Origin: a virus
Length of the DNA stretch: 64,000 nt
Virus record (IMG/VR): IMGVR_UViG_3300042901_002277
Direction: 5' to 3' (one strand)
The notes beneath the pieces are model-generated. The model was not told the DNA's origin, made no database searches, and saw only the letters and a program-made list of their open reading frames with translations. The position numbers were made by a program, and so were the translations under genes. Positions 56,360 to 63,642 of the stretch are shown here, in pieces; position 1 is the stretch's first letter, and each line of letters starts with the position of its first letter.

Positions 56360-57025
56360 TCAGTTTGCACTGAAAATCTGTTGTGCGGTCATGGCTGTAT
56401 CCATGCCTTCTGCAATCTCAAATGTGAGAGCGTCTTTCCATTCCGAATACTTTTCGTCAAAGTTCTCGTCGTCGTCGTCGTATTCAGGTTGCCCCTGCAT
56501 TTCGTGTTCACCTTCTGAAACAATCTCGCCTTTGTGAAAGACCATGTACCCAGCAAAGAAATCTGCTTCCTCTGTGAAGTGCATGCCAAACACAAGTTCA
56601 GGGAATTGTTCGGAGATGTTCTTCATAAGACCAACCGCAGGGCTCCAAGCACTTTCCCAATACAGCGTTATTGAGTTGCTGTTCTCGTCAAATGTGTCCT
56701 CGTCAAAATCAACACGGCAAGCACCCCATTTGGTGTCCCAGTTCGCATTCGCCCAGTCGTACCAGTCCTTGTGACCGTACTTAGCGAGATTTGACTCTTG
56801 TTGCTTGCGGTGTTCTTCTGCCTTCTCTTCACCAACATATCCTGAAACTGTTTCGTGCAGTTCTGTTGGAATTGGGAATAGTTGGTTCATGTCCCATTCT
56901 GTTCTGTTCCATTCAGGAATTGCTTTCCACTCTTCAGTTTGCTCAATGCGAATAGCCTCAATGAACCGCTTCAGTTCCTTGTTGCTTCCACGAACTTCTC
57001 CGTATTGGTTGCACCAGTTAGGCAT
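56360..57025 (-). CDS. DUF1281/YubB ferredoxin-like protein
   Basis: MPNWC, WYDWANANWDTKW, ESAWSP. Confidence 0.75.
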   Translation of the reverse strand: MPNWCNQYGEVRGSNKELKRFIEAIRIEQTEEWKAIPEWNRTEWDMNQLFPIPTELHETVSGYVGEEKAEEHRKQQESNLAKYGHKDWYDWANANWDTKWGACRVDFDEDTFDENSNSITLYWESAWSPAVGLMKNISEQFPELVFGMHFTEEADFFAGYMVFHKGEIVSEGEHEMQGQPEYDDDDENFDEKYSEWKDALTFEIAEGMDTAMTAQQIFSAN

Positions 57026-57057
57026 TATTTTCTCCCTTTGTAGTAGTAGGTGATGTA

Positions 57058-57087
57058 ACTATACAGGTACAGATACCAAATTTCCAA
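57058..57087 (-). promoter_or_regulatory. Repeated promoter 5 (-10 TATAGT)
   Basis: TTGGAA ATTTGGTATCTGTACCTG TATAGT. Confidence 0.8.
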
Positions 57088-57088
57088 A

Positions 57089-57586
57089 TTAGTACCATGC
57101 GTCAGACCCGTTGCATTCATTGGCGACCCAGCGCAACCACCAAATGGCGTACTTGACTTCCTTGTCCAAGTTCTCCCCGTCTTTGGTTACGGTTCCCATT
57201 TCTGTCATACGGTTTTCCATGTCGTCTGCTAGAGCGAGGCAGGATGATGGTGACTTATATGTACCATCCTCGTTGTCGCCGTAGAACGAATACTCAAAGT
57301 CAGGCAGTTCCAGTGCTTCTATTAGATAGTTGCCGTACTTCCCTCTGTACCAGCAGTCCGTTCCGAATATGCCAGTAACGCTTCCGTCTTGCAAATCAGT
57401 CTTTGACAGGGAGATGAGGTAGGGGCATTTGCCTTCTGCCTGCGTTGCTCTGCAGTCAATTCGTTTTTCAGATAATCCTGTTTCTTCGTCAACAATGGCT
57501 ACGCCGTCTTTGTCAAGAATGTCAACTTTTACAGCAGTGCCAAGACGCTCGCAGGCGTATCGGTGTGGGATGTTGTCTAAGCCCAT
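57089..57586 (-). CDS. Hypothetical protein
   Basis: Own promoter, SD AAGGAG. Confidence 0.7.
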   Translation of the reverse strand: MGLDNIPHRYACERLGTAVKVDILDKDGVAIVDEETGLSEKRIDCRATQAEGKCPYLISLSKTDLQDGSVTGIFGTDCWYRGKYGNYLIEALELPDFEYSFYGDNEDGTYKSPSSCLALADDMENRMTEMGTVTKDGENLDKEVKYAIWWLRWVANECNGSDAWY

Positions 57587-57614
57587 GTGAACTCCTTAGT
57601 AGTAGGTGAGTACC

Positions 57615-57644
57615 ACTATAGCGACCGAGATACCAAATTTCCAA
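57615..57644 (-). promoter_or_regulatory. Repeated promoter 6 (-10 TATAGT)
   Basis: TTGGAA ATTTGGTATCTCGGTCGC TATAGT. Confidence 0.8.
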
Positions 57645-57731
57645 ACTCTTCCACCACCGTCATGATAATGGGTAATACTTGACTCAATCTGAATTATGTG
57701 GTACAGCAGACCGGTGGGTGGCCCGAACCGG

Positions 57732-57745
57732 CGAACACATGTTCG
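57732..57745. promoter_or_regulatory. SOS (LexA) box-like palindrome
   Basis: CGAACACATGTTCG = CGAAC-N4-GTTCG. Confidence 0.65.
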
Positions 57746-57797
57746 CTCAGCCCCGGTGCTCATTGTGGCGGCCCGGCCGCCGGGGCTCTATGGTCAA

Positions 57798-58121
57798 TTA
57801 TTCGTCGTGAGCAATTACCAGGTTGCCGCCAACGATTTGCCAGCCGTCGTCATGAGTGTTCCAAACAAACGATAAAGCTTCTTTTATTCCATCTAGGTAA
57901 TAGAACACATCATCATCTAGAACACCGAAGTCGTCCCACTGTAGATAGACAGGGTCTTTACTGAATGATAAGTAGTAATGCAACAATTCACCCTCATCAA
58001 CCCAGTACACCTGTGCGTCCATGCCAACCAGCACGCCCTCTTCAGCGATTACATATTTCAGGTAATCCTTCAACAATTTCAGAGTAATAAGCGTCTTTCT
58101 AATCGTTGCTCTAATCATCAC
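57798..58121 (-). CDS. Hypothetical protein
   Basis: GTGA overlap with upstream gene. Confidence 0.6.
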   Translation of the reverse strand: MMIRATIRKTLITLKLLKDYLKYVIAEEGVLVGMDAQVYWVDEGELLHYYLSFSKDPVYLQWDDFGVLDDDVFYYLDGIKEALSFVWNTHDDGWQIVGGNLVIAHDE

Positions 58122-58438
58122 GCGCTCACTACATCTATGAGTTGCACGAATGAATCCAGTGGCTCTGCTTCATCAGGATACGCCCTCATGGCGTCGTCTA
58201 GGAACATTTGGTAAGCACCCAAGTCGTCACCTCTGAAGTAGTGATTCGCTCCACCATCTCCATAGTTCTCTACACGGCATGCAATAATTCCTTTTCTTAG
58301 AATTTGTGCCATCCAAGTAATTCCTCTTGAAGTCTCCATCTCTTGGATTACCTTGAAGTCGTACAGGCTTGCGATGTCGTCCACCGCAGGCTCTGTCACA
58401 AATAATTTCAGTGAGGGTGGAAGTGTTGAGTAAAGCAT
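58118..58438 (-). CDS. Hypothetical protein
   Basis: Leader ACTACTAACAAGGAG; VENYGDGGAN. Confidence 0.65.
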   Translation of the reverse strand: MLYSTLPPSLKLFVTEPAVDDIASLYDFKVIQEMETSRGITWMAQILRKGIIACRVENYGDGGANHYFRGDDLGAYQMFLDDAMRAYPDEAEPLDSFVQLIDVVSA

Positions 58439-58475
58439 GATTTCTCCTTGTTAGTAGTTGTTTGAATTCTAGTCG

Positions 58476-58994
58476 TCAGCAGATTTGGAATCCACCGCAG
58501 TTCTCTAGGAACTCTGCGAACCGCTTGACATTCTCCACATCAAACGGATAAGCGGACAGCCACGATTCCCTAGTGCCAATTCCATCACAGGCATTGCACC
58601 AGCCATGAGTGCGACCAGTAAGAATCTGCGCCTCGGGTGAGAGTTCTTTAGTAGGCATTCCCATTTCCACGCCGACCTCATCATTGCGAATGCCAGTGCA
58701 CTCACAGAGGTTGCATGCTTCACGGGGAAGCGAGGAACGCCATTCGTTGTAGGTCTGTGCGTACTTTTCTACCGTGCCATTTTCAAGGTCTATCTTGAGT
58801 GACCAAGCCAATGATTCAGCCAGTGCGTCGTCTAGCCCGTCACCGTCGTTTGAGTGCCACGATTCGCAACCGCTAGCAATGTCGTCATAGTTGGTGCAGA
58901 TAAAGTCTGCCAGTGGACGCCACCACCACACATTGTTGCGGAAGTATTCGCCCTTTTCATTCTTTGGCTTTACGCCATAGACATCCATACCCAT
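58476..58994 (-). CDS. Hypothetical protein with DnaJ-like CxxCxxxG Zn insertion
   Basis: CNLCECTG...CNACDGIG; own promoter. Confidence 0.7.
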   Translation of the reverse strand: MGMDVYGVKPKNEKGEYFRNNVWWWRPLADFICTNYDDIASGCESWHSNDGDGLDDALAESLAWSLKIDLENGTVEKYAQTYNEWRSSLPREACNLCECTGIRNDEVGVEMGMPTKELSPEAQILTGRTHGWCNACDGIGTRESWLSAYPFDVENVKRFAEFLENCGGFQIC

Positions 58995-59030
58995 TTTCTT
59001 GCTCCTTGTTAGTAGTAGTTAGGTGACTGA

Positions 59031-59060
59031 ATCTTACAATACTGAATACCAAATTTCCAA
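59031..59060 (-). promoter_or_regulatory. Repeated promoter 7 (-10 TAAGAT)
   Basis: TTGGAA ATTTGGTATTCAGTATTG TAAGAT. Confidence 0.8.
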
Positions 59061-59087
59061 AATCGAGAAGAGCCCCGCGCTCTCCCT

Positions 59088-59555
59088 TTACGCCTCAACC
59101 TTGTCAAACGGGCACTCGGCTACTTGACCGAATACAGCCTCGTACAGGTCACGCCCGTCTTGCCATTCACTCCAGTCTCCATCTGACGAGATACGGACAC
59201 AAGAGCCGTAGATTTCTTTCGCCCGAATGAGTATCGCAGTAACTACAGCGTCATACGGTTTCTGTGCAGTCTTGCAAAAATCAAAGATTTCAGGCTCATC
59301 TTTACGCCATTCAACTTGAGTTGGCAGTGCCTTCCAAGTAAAGGTTTCGTGAGACATATCATCTATGCCGTTGAAACTGAACTCTCCCTCTGTGAACTGT
59401 GGTTGAGTTTCGTTCTCTCCACTCCAGTCGCCAAGTTTTATGCCAATGCTCTGTGCGTGTTCGCAAATAGCCTTAGCGTCTAGTGCGAGTTTGCCGTACA
59501 TATAGGCAGACCCAGCGTTCTTTCGTGGTCGGTAGTTGTAATGCGTGTAACCCAT
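59088..59555 (-). CDS. Phage hypothetical protein (MGYTHY...FCKT..KPYD type)
   Basis: Own promoter and GAAAGG SD. Confidence 0.7.
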   Translation of the reverse strand: MGYTHYNYRPRKNAGSAYMYGKLALDAKAICEHAQSIGIKLGDWSGENETQPQFTEGEFSFNGIDDMSHETFTWKALPTQVEWRKDEPEIFDFCKTAQKPYDAVVTAILIRAKEIYGSCVRISSDGDWSEWQDGRDLYEAVFGQVAECPFDKVEA

Positions 59556-59585
59556 AGTTAGTGCCTTTCGTTAGTAGGTAGTAGT

Positions 59586-59615
59586 ACCTTAGCAGACCCA
59601 ATATCAGATTTCCAA
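59586..59615 (-). promoter_or_regulatory. Repeated promoter 8, variant (-10 TAAGGT)
   Basis: TTGGAA ATCTGATATTGGGTCTGC TAAGGT; overlaps upstream stop codon. Confidence 0.7.
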
Positions 59616-59807
59616 TTTTTTCTGTTCGTAGACCATGAACTCACCATCACTGTCACGGCTGATTCCAGTCACCCACATAGAGCGACCAATCTGCCCGTAG
59701 TCCTCTATTGCGTTCTGAACTTCCTCTACGGCAACGCCACAGCACTCGCTGTCGTTTTCAGCTTGCACATCAAGCGTCACCATTACTGTTACTCGGTAGG
59801 TGTTCAT
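59604..59807 (-). CDS. Hypothetical protein
   Basis: Coupled; 3' end overlaps the next promoter motif. Confidence 0.6.
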   Translation of the reverse strand: MNTYRVTVMVTLDVQAENDSECCGVAVEEVQNAIEDYGQIGRSMWVTGISRDSDGEFMVYEQKKLEI

Positions 59808-60094
59808 TAGTAGTTACTCCAATCGTAGTTGTCGTTTTTGTGTGCGATTTCCTCGGAACATACTCCGATTACTTTTAGCGTTTCGCCGTCAATGACACGG
59901 CTACATTTCTCACAAAGATAGGTATCGCCGTCCCATTCTCCGTTGAGTGTTGGCGAGACAATCTCTCCAGTCTTTAGGCAAGAGTAAAAGCCCTCGTAGT
60001 TTGGTTGGTTGCCACATAGACACTGAAACCAATCAGTAGTTCCACCTATGTACTCCTCGTACAGTCGGTTATTCATACTCAACCTCTGTTCCAT
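59807..60094 (-). CDS. Zn-ribbon-like hypothetical protein
   Basis: CLCGN...YLCEKC; true start may be MNNRL. Confidence 0.6.
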   Translation of the reverse strand: MEQRLSMNNRLYEEYIGGTTDWFQCLCGNQPNYEGFYSCLKTGEIVSPTLNGEWDGDTYLCEKCSRVIDGETLKVIGVCSEEIAHKNDNYDWSNY

Positions 60095-60314
60095 AGTCGT
60101 GTATGCATTCGCTGTCGTACTCCTCTGCGTGGTCTTCCATTGTGCGGAAGTGGCAATTCTCGTTTATCCACTCATAGCGAGCGTCAGCGTCCCACTCATT
60201 CCACTCAAACGGAAGTTCCATTCCTTGTGGCATGTCGTAGTACTTGTAACGGGTGTACTTGACAAGCATGTGCTCATCAACGGTAACGGCAAAGCGTGTA
60301 GGTGTAGTAGTCAT
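60069..60314 (-). CDS. Hypothetical protein, leaderless
   Basis: ATG (MTTTP) 6 nt after -10 TACTAT; ORF-track extension runs through the promoter. Confidence 0.65.
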   Translation of the reverse strand: MTTTPTRFAVTVDEHMLVKYTRYKYYDMPQGMELPFEWNEWDADARYEWINENCHFRTMEDHAEEYDSECIHDYGTEVEYE

Positions 60315-60320
60315 GAGTAC

Positions 60321-60350
60321 ATAGTAGTACGCTGGATACCAAATTTCCAA
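60321..60350 (-). promoter_or_regulatory. Repeated promoter 9 (-10 TACTAT), leaderless
   Basis: TTGGAA ATTTGGTATCCAGCGTAC TACTAT GTACTC ATG. Confidence 0.8.
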
Positions 60351-60651
60351 AGTGCTTTCCGCCACCGTCAAGATAATAGAGGCTTATGGATATCTGTTGG
60401 CGATTTTTTTGCTCGCTCCGATTATTGCAAATATTTTTATTTTCTTGCAACTTTCTGGGAATTTTCTGGCTAGCCCCGCACGGCGTTCTGGCCGCACCGA
60501 GGCCGGGGCTCTTGGGGAAAATAGCTACCTTGTTATTTAGGTATCCATCAGATAACCGCTATTACCACAACCTGGGCAGTGTTCGGTATCTAATCTAATT
60601 TCTAATTGCTCTTCAGTGCTTACTGTTTCGCACCAATTACAGATAATCGTT

Positions 60652-60885
60652 TCAGGCGTTTTCATTAGTTGCCCACCGATTTTCGCTGTCATAGAAGCAA
60701 GTGTTACATACGAAGCCGTCTAGGTCGTTATCCCAGACTGGCTCACTCCCAAAGGTGCGTACGGTCATCTCCATTCCGCATGAGTCGCAATTAGCCCTAT
60801 CGCCACGAATATGAATTACGCCGTGTACGAGTGGCAGTGAGTTGATTTTTTCGATATATGCCTCGCTCATGTCGGTCACTCCCAA
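60652..60885 (-). CDS. Zn-ribbon-like protein
   Basis: CDSC...CNTC. Confidence 0.55.
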   Translation of the reverse strand: MGVTDMSEAYIEKINSLPLVHGVIHIRGDRANCDSCGMEMTVRTFGSEPVWDNDLDGFVCNTCFYDSENRWATNENA

Positions 60886-61145
60886 GCCCTATTGAGCAGT
60901 ATCCCTGCGAATGGGTTGGGGTACTTCACCTCGTCATTTAGCCAACGCTCACTATCGGAGTGTTGAGTTTCGCAGTCTCGGAATGTCTCAGTGGCGAACG
61001 CCTTGTCATCTTTCATGAGGCGCACCAGCAATTTACCAGTGCCGTCTTCCCAGACATCTAGTTGGTAGGTAGCGTCAATGCCACCGAACGGACCAGCTTG
61101 CTCACCGAATACGGATAATTTATGAGTCATCGTTACAGTGCTCAT
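60876..61145 (-). CDS. Hypothetical protein
   Basis: TAATG coupling. Confidence 0.6.
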   Translation of the reverse strand: MSTVTMTHKLSVFGEQAGPFGGIDATYQLDVWEDGTGKLLVRLMKDDKAFATETFRDCETQHSDSERWLNDEVKYPNPFAGILLNRAWE

Positions 61146-61435
61146 TACTTACCACCCCTTTCGGAGTAGTAAGCAACGGCTTCGGTCAGTGTGGTGCAGT
61201 AGTCACCGCTATAGCGCTCCCAGCCACTAGGGCGAGCCACAACGGTCCATACGGCGAACTTGTGGAATGGATTAGTTGGGTTATAGCAGACCGTAATCCA
61301 TGAAGCGTACGAGTCACCAATTTCACGGTCATTCTTTTTCGTGAGTGCCAAGACGGTTATTTCAGTGGCGATTACTTCGCCAAGTTTTAGTTCAGCGAAT
61401 GTTAGGTCCACTGAATTGTCGGTTAGTAGGTACAA
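61145..61435 (-). CDS. Hypothetical protein
   Basis: TTG start after GAAAGGG SD downstream of the promoter. Confidence 0.6.
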   Translation of the reverse strand: MYLLTDNSVDLTFAELKLGEVIATEITVLALTKKNDREIGDSYASWITVCYNPTNPFHKFAVWTVVARPSGWERYSGDYCTTLTEAVAYYSERGGK

Positions 61436-61464
61436 GGTATTCCCTTTCGTAGTAGTTGGGATAG

Positions 61465-61494
61465 ACACTACAACACCGAATACCAAATTTCCAA
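61465..61494 (-). promoter_or_regulatory. Repeated promoter 10 (-10 TAGTGT)
   Basis: TTGGAA ATTTGGTATTCGGTGTTG TAGTGT. Confidence 0.8.
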
Positions 61495-61626
61495 AATTAT
61501 TGAGAGCCCCGCAGCACTAGATGCTGGGGTGTGCGGCGGGGCTTTTCGCACGCATAAAGGAAGCCCTGCCCACCAGTTACGGCAGACAGGGCTTCGGTTG
61601 TTCGTAGGGGTGAAAGGGGTAAAGCC

Positions 61627-62067
61627 CTAGAACAAATCCATTACTGCTTCGGCAAGTGCGCCACGAGCATTACCGTCATCGGTAATTGTCTCATCAGGCG
61701 TATCAGAGAAGCGCATAACGCTGGCACAACCGTCTTTGCTGGCGAACACCACTAGGCGTACACGCCTGCGTTCAGGGTGTTGCGATGGTGGTACTTGGTC
61801 ATCATCGCTTTGCCCCTCAACAATAGGTGAAGCCCAACCGCAAGTAAGTACTGCGATGTAATCGCTTACCTTTGCTACGGCTCGGCTGTCATCGCTATTT
61901 AGCAAGTCATAAACATCGCCGTGTTCACCTGCTAGAACAAGTGCCACTCTGCCGTCATCGGTTTCGTTGATAGAAAAGAACATTGCCTGCTTTAGGTCAA
62001 AGTCCCCGTTTAGTTCGTCAGATATTGCCTTTTCGGCTGTCTCTGCCTTATGTAGTAAATCGCTCAT
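61627..62067 (-). CDS. Hypothetical protein
   Basis: MSDLL start after GAAAGGA; PSQHPERRRVRL. Confidence 0.7.
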   Translation of the reverse strand: MSDLLHKAETAEKAISDELNGDFDLKQAMFFSINETDDGRVALVLAGEHGDVYDLLNSDDSRAVAKVSDYIAVLTCGWASPIVEGQSDDDQVPPSQHPERRRVRLVVFASKDGCASVMRFSDTPDETITDDGNARGALAEAVMDLF

Positions 62068-62110
62068 CGGTAGTTCCTTTCGGTAGTAGTTGATTAGATA
62101 AGCACCACTC

Positions 62111-62140
62111 ACATTACTACCCCCGATACCAAATTTCCAA
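62111..62140 (-). promoter_or_regulatory. Repeated promoter 11 (-10 TAATGT)
   Basis: TTGGAA ATTTGGTATCGGGGGTAG TAATGT. Confidence 0.8.
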
Positions 62141-62341
62141 AATACGGGTAGCCCATACAAGAGCCCCGCTGAACTAATCTCTTGGGGTGAACGAACTAGA
62201 GCAAGCGAGAAGCCGGGGCTTATCAAAAAGAATTGCCGAGTTTGATATCGAGTTGTACAACCTTTGGGTACAGATAAGAGCCGTAGAGGAAAGTAACGCC
62301 GAGTTCACTGCCGACAATTTACGCAAGAGTTTCAGGGTAAT

Positions 62342-62380
62342 AAAAAGAGAGGGCTAGAGATTTCTCTCTAACCCCCTCTC
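62342..62380 (-). terminator. Intrinsic terminator
   Basis: GAGAGGGGGTTAGAGA-GAAA-TCTCTAGCCCTCTC-TTTTT after the 62396 stop. Confidence 0.7.
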
Positions 62381-62395
62381 GGTAGGTGGATAGGA

Positions 62396-62794
62396 CTAGA
62401 CCGCTTCGGCGGTTTCGGTAACTGCGCCTTCGGCAAGGTCACGGATAACGATACGGGTGTAAGCCGTTGGCTTCACACACGCAGTTTCCACTTCCTCACT
62501 GATATCGCCAGCCTTACGAGCCTTATCAAAAGCCTTCGGCTCAACGGCAGTCTTGGTGACTGCGCCGAACACTTTGGCATTGACAAGTTCTGAAAGTGTT
62601 GCGACATCAAAGTTGCGACGAATTGCCTCAACAAGTTGGACACACTTGTCGTTCGCTTCCCAAGAGTTCACGCCTGCTTCGGCGTACGCTTCGGAAAGCA
62701 ATTCCTTCGCAACAGCGACGGCTTTCTCGGCAGAAGCGAGAGCCTCAACGGCACTCACATACTGGCGAGCAACGGCAGAAAGTTGCTTAGACAT
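62396..62794 (-). CDS. Hypothetical protein
   Basis: Own promoter, SD AGGGGGTG, downstream terminator. Confidence 0.7.
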   Translation of the reverse strand: MSKQLSAVARQYVSAVEALASAEKAVAVAKELLSEAYAEAGVNSWEANDKCVQLVEAIRRNFDVATLSELVNAKVFGAVTKTAVEPKAFDKARKAGDISEEVETACVKPTAYTRIVIRDLAEGAVTETAEAV

Positions 62795-62833
62795 ATTTAT
62801 TCACCCCCTTAGGTGTCTGTAGTAGTTGATACC

Positions 62834-62863
62834 ACTATACACCCCACGATACCAAATTTCCAA
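62834..62863 (-). promoter_or_regulatory. Repeated promoter 12 (-10 TATAGT)
   Basis: TTGGAA ATTTGGTATCGTGGGGTG TATAGT. Confidence 0.8.
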
Positions 62864-62935
62864 AATCGCTTGACGCCATACAGAGCCCCGCCCTTGCCAT
62901 TGCTTGGTTGAGTTGCGGGGCTGTGAACGTGCGCG

Positions 62936-62967
62936 AAAAAAAGAGGGGCAGGTTTCCCCACCCCTCT
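62936..62967 (-). terminator. Intrinsic terminator
   Basis: AGAGGGGTGGG-GAAA-CCTGCCCCTCT-TTTTTT after the 62992 stop. Confidence 0.75.
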
Positions 62968-62991
62968 CTCCTTTTCAGTAGCCAGTTGTGA

Positions 62992-63423
62992 CTAGAGGTA
63001 CTCCGACACCGACTTGAGAGTAGATGCGTTCACATACTCCTGCTCGGTCATCTTGAGGACACGGATTGCCTGCTTGATTTCCGTTGTCTCGCGCTCGTAC
63101 CTGTGGTCAGGATACGCCTCAGGGCATTGAGGTTCTGTCGGAAGTGCCGTCTTTGGCAACTCCATAGTGACTTGGAACTCCGCTGTCTTGCTCTTTGAGT
63201 TGTTGCTGGAACTGCTGTACCAACGGTTACGGCTTGCGTCAGTCACTACGCCTTTGCTCTTGACGAGTTTGAGGATAGCCAAGTTGTAGGCTTCCTTTGC
63301 TTTCTCGTAGAGAGCCTGCTCTTTTTCTTGATTGGCAAAACGCTGTTCACGCTCGGTCAATGCTTTCTCTAGTGATGAGATGAGCGTACTCACTTTCACC
63401 TTTACGGATATGGACTTACTCAT
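62992..63423 (-). CDS. Hypothetical protein
   Basis: Own promoter, downstream terminator. Confidence 0.7.
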   Translation of the reverse strand: MSKSISVKVKVSTLISSLEKALTEREQRFANQEKEQALYEKAKEAYNLAILKLVKSKGVVTDASRNRWYSSSSNNSKSKTAEFQVTMELPKTALPTEPQCPEAYPDHRYERETTEIKQAIRVLKMTEQEYVNASTLKSVSEYL

Positions 63424-63463
63424 TATGCCCTGCCTTTCGTAGTAGTTGATTGGGGCACTAATG

Positions 63464-63493
63464 ACATTACTACACCCGATACCAGATTTCCAA
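63464..63493 (-). promoter_or_regulatory. Repeated promoter 13 (-10 TAATGT)
   Basis: TTGGAA ATCTGGTATCGGGTGTAG TAATGT. Confidence 0.78.
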
Positions 63494-63589
63494 AGCCCTT
63501 TCCGCCACCGTCACCTAAAGACGGATACTTGACAAACCACCTCGCACCTGCTAGTGCACCGATTTTTTTCGGCGATTTTTTTGGTGGGG

Positions 63590-63603
63590 CGAACATATGT
63601 TCG
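63590..63603. promoter_or_regulatory. SOS (LexA) box-like palindrome
   Basis: CGAACATATGTTCG. Confidence 0.7.
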
Positions 63604-63642
63604 GTCAGCCCCGCAGTACCAGTAGCGAAGCGGGGCTCTGTG

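Larger units (their letters stand above)
47107..63513 (+). repeat. Dispersed polarised 14-mer TTCC(A/G/C)CCACCGTCA, 9 copies
   Basis: Starts at 47107, 47457, 47707, 48928, 50106, 54587, 57649, 60357, 63500; all in the same orientation. Confidence 0.85.
57749..63637. repeat. Dispersed inverted repeat AGCCCCG...CGGGGCT, 6 complete copies
   Basis: 57749-57787, 60472-60510, 61505-61543, 62162-62220, 62884-62922, 63607-63637. Confidence 0.85.

Noticed and set aside
61486-62226. ORF-track N-terminal extensions at 60371, 61486, 62226 and 47352
   Set aside because: They run through promoter, leader or other non-coding motifs; downstream starts have a proper SD or leaderless geometry
53307-63493. 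Repeated 15-17-mer as a CRISPR array
   Set aside because: Spacing is irregular (58 bp to about 1.5 kb) with whole genes between copies, the repeat is short, no cas genes are seen, and the fixed -10 spacing explains it as a promoter
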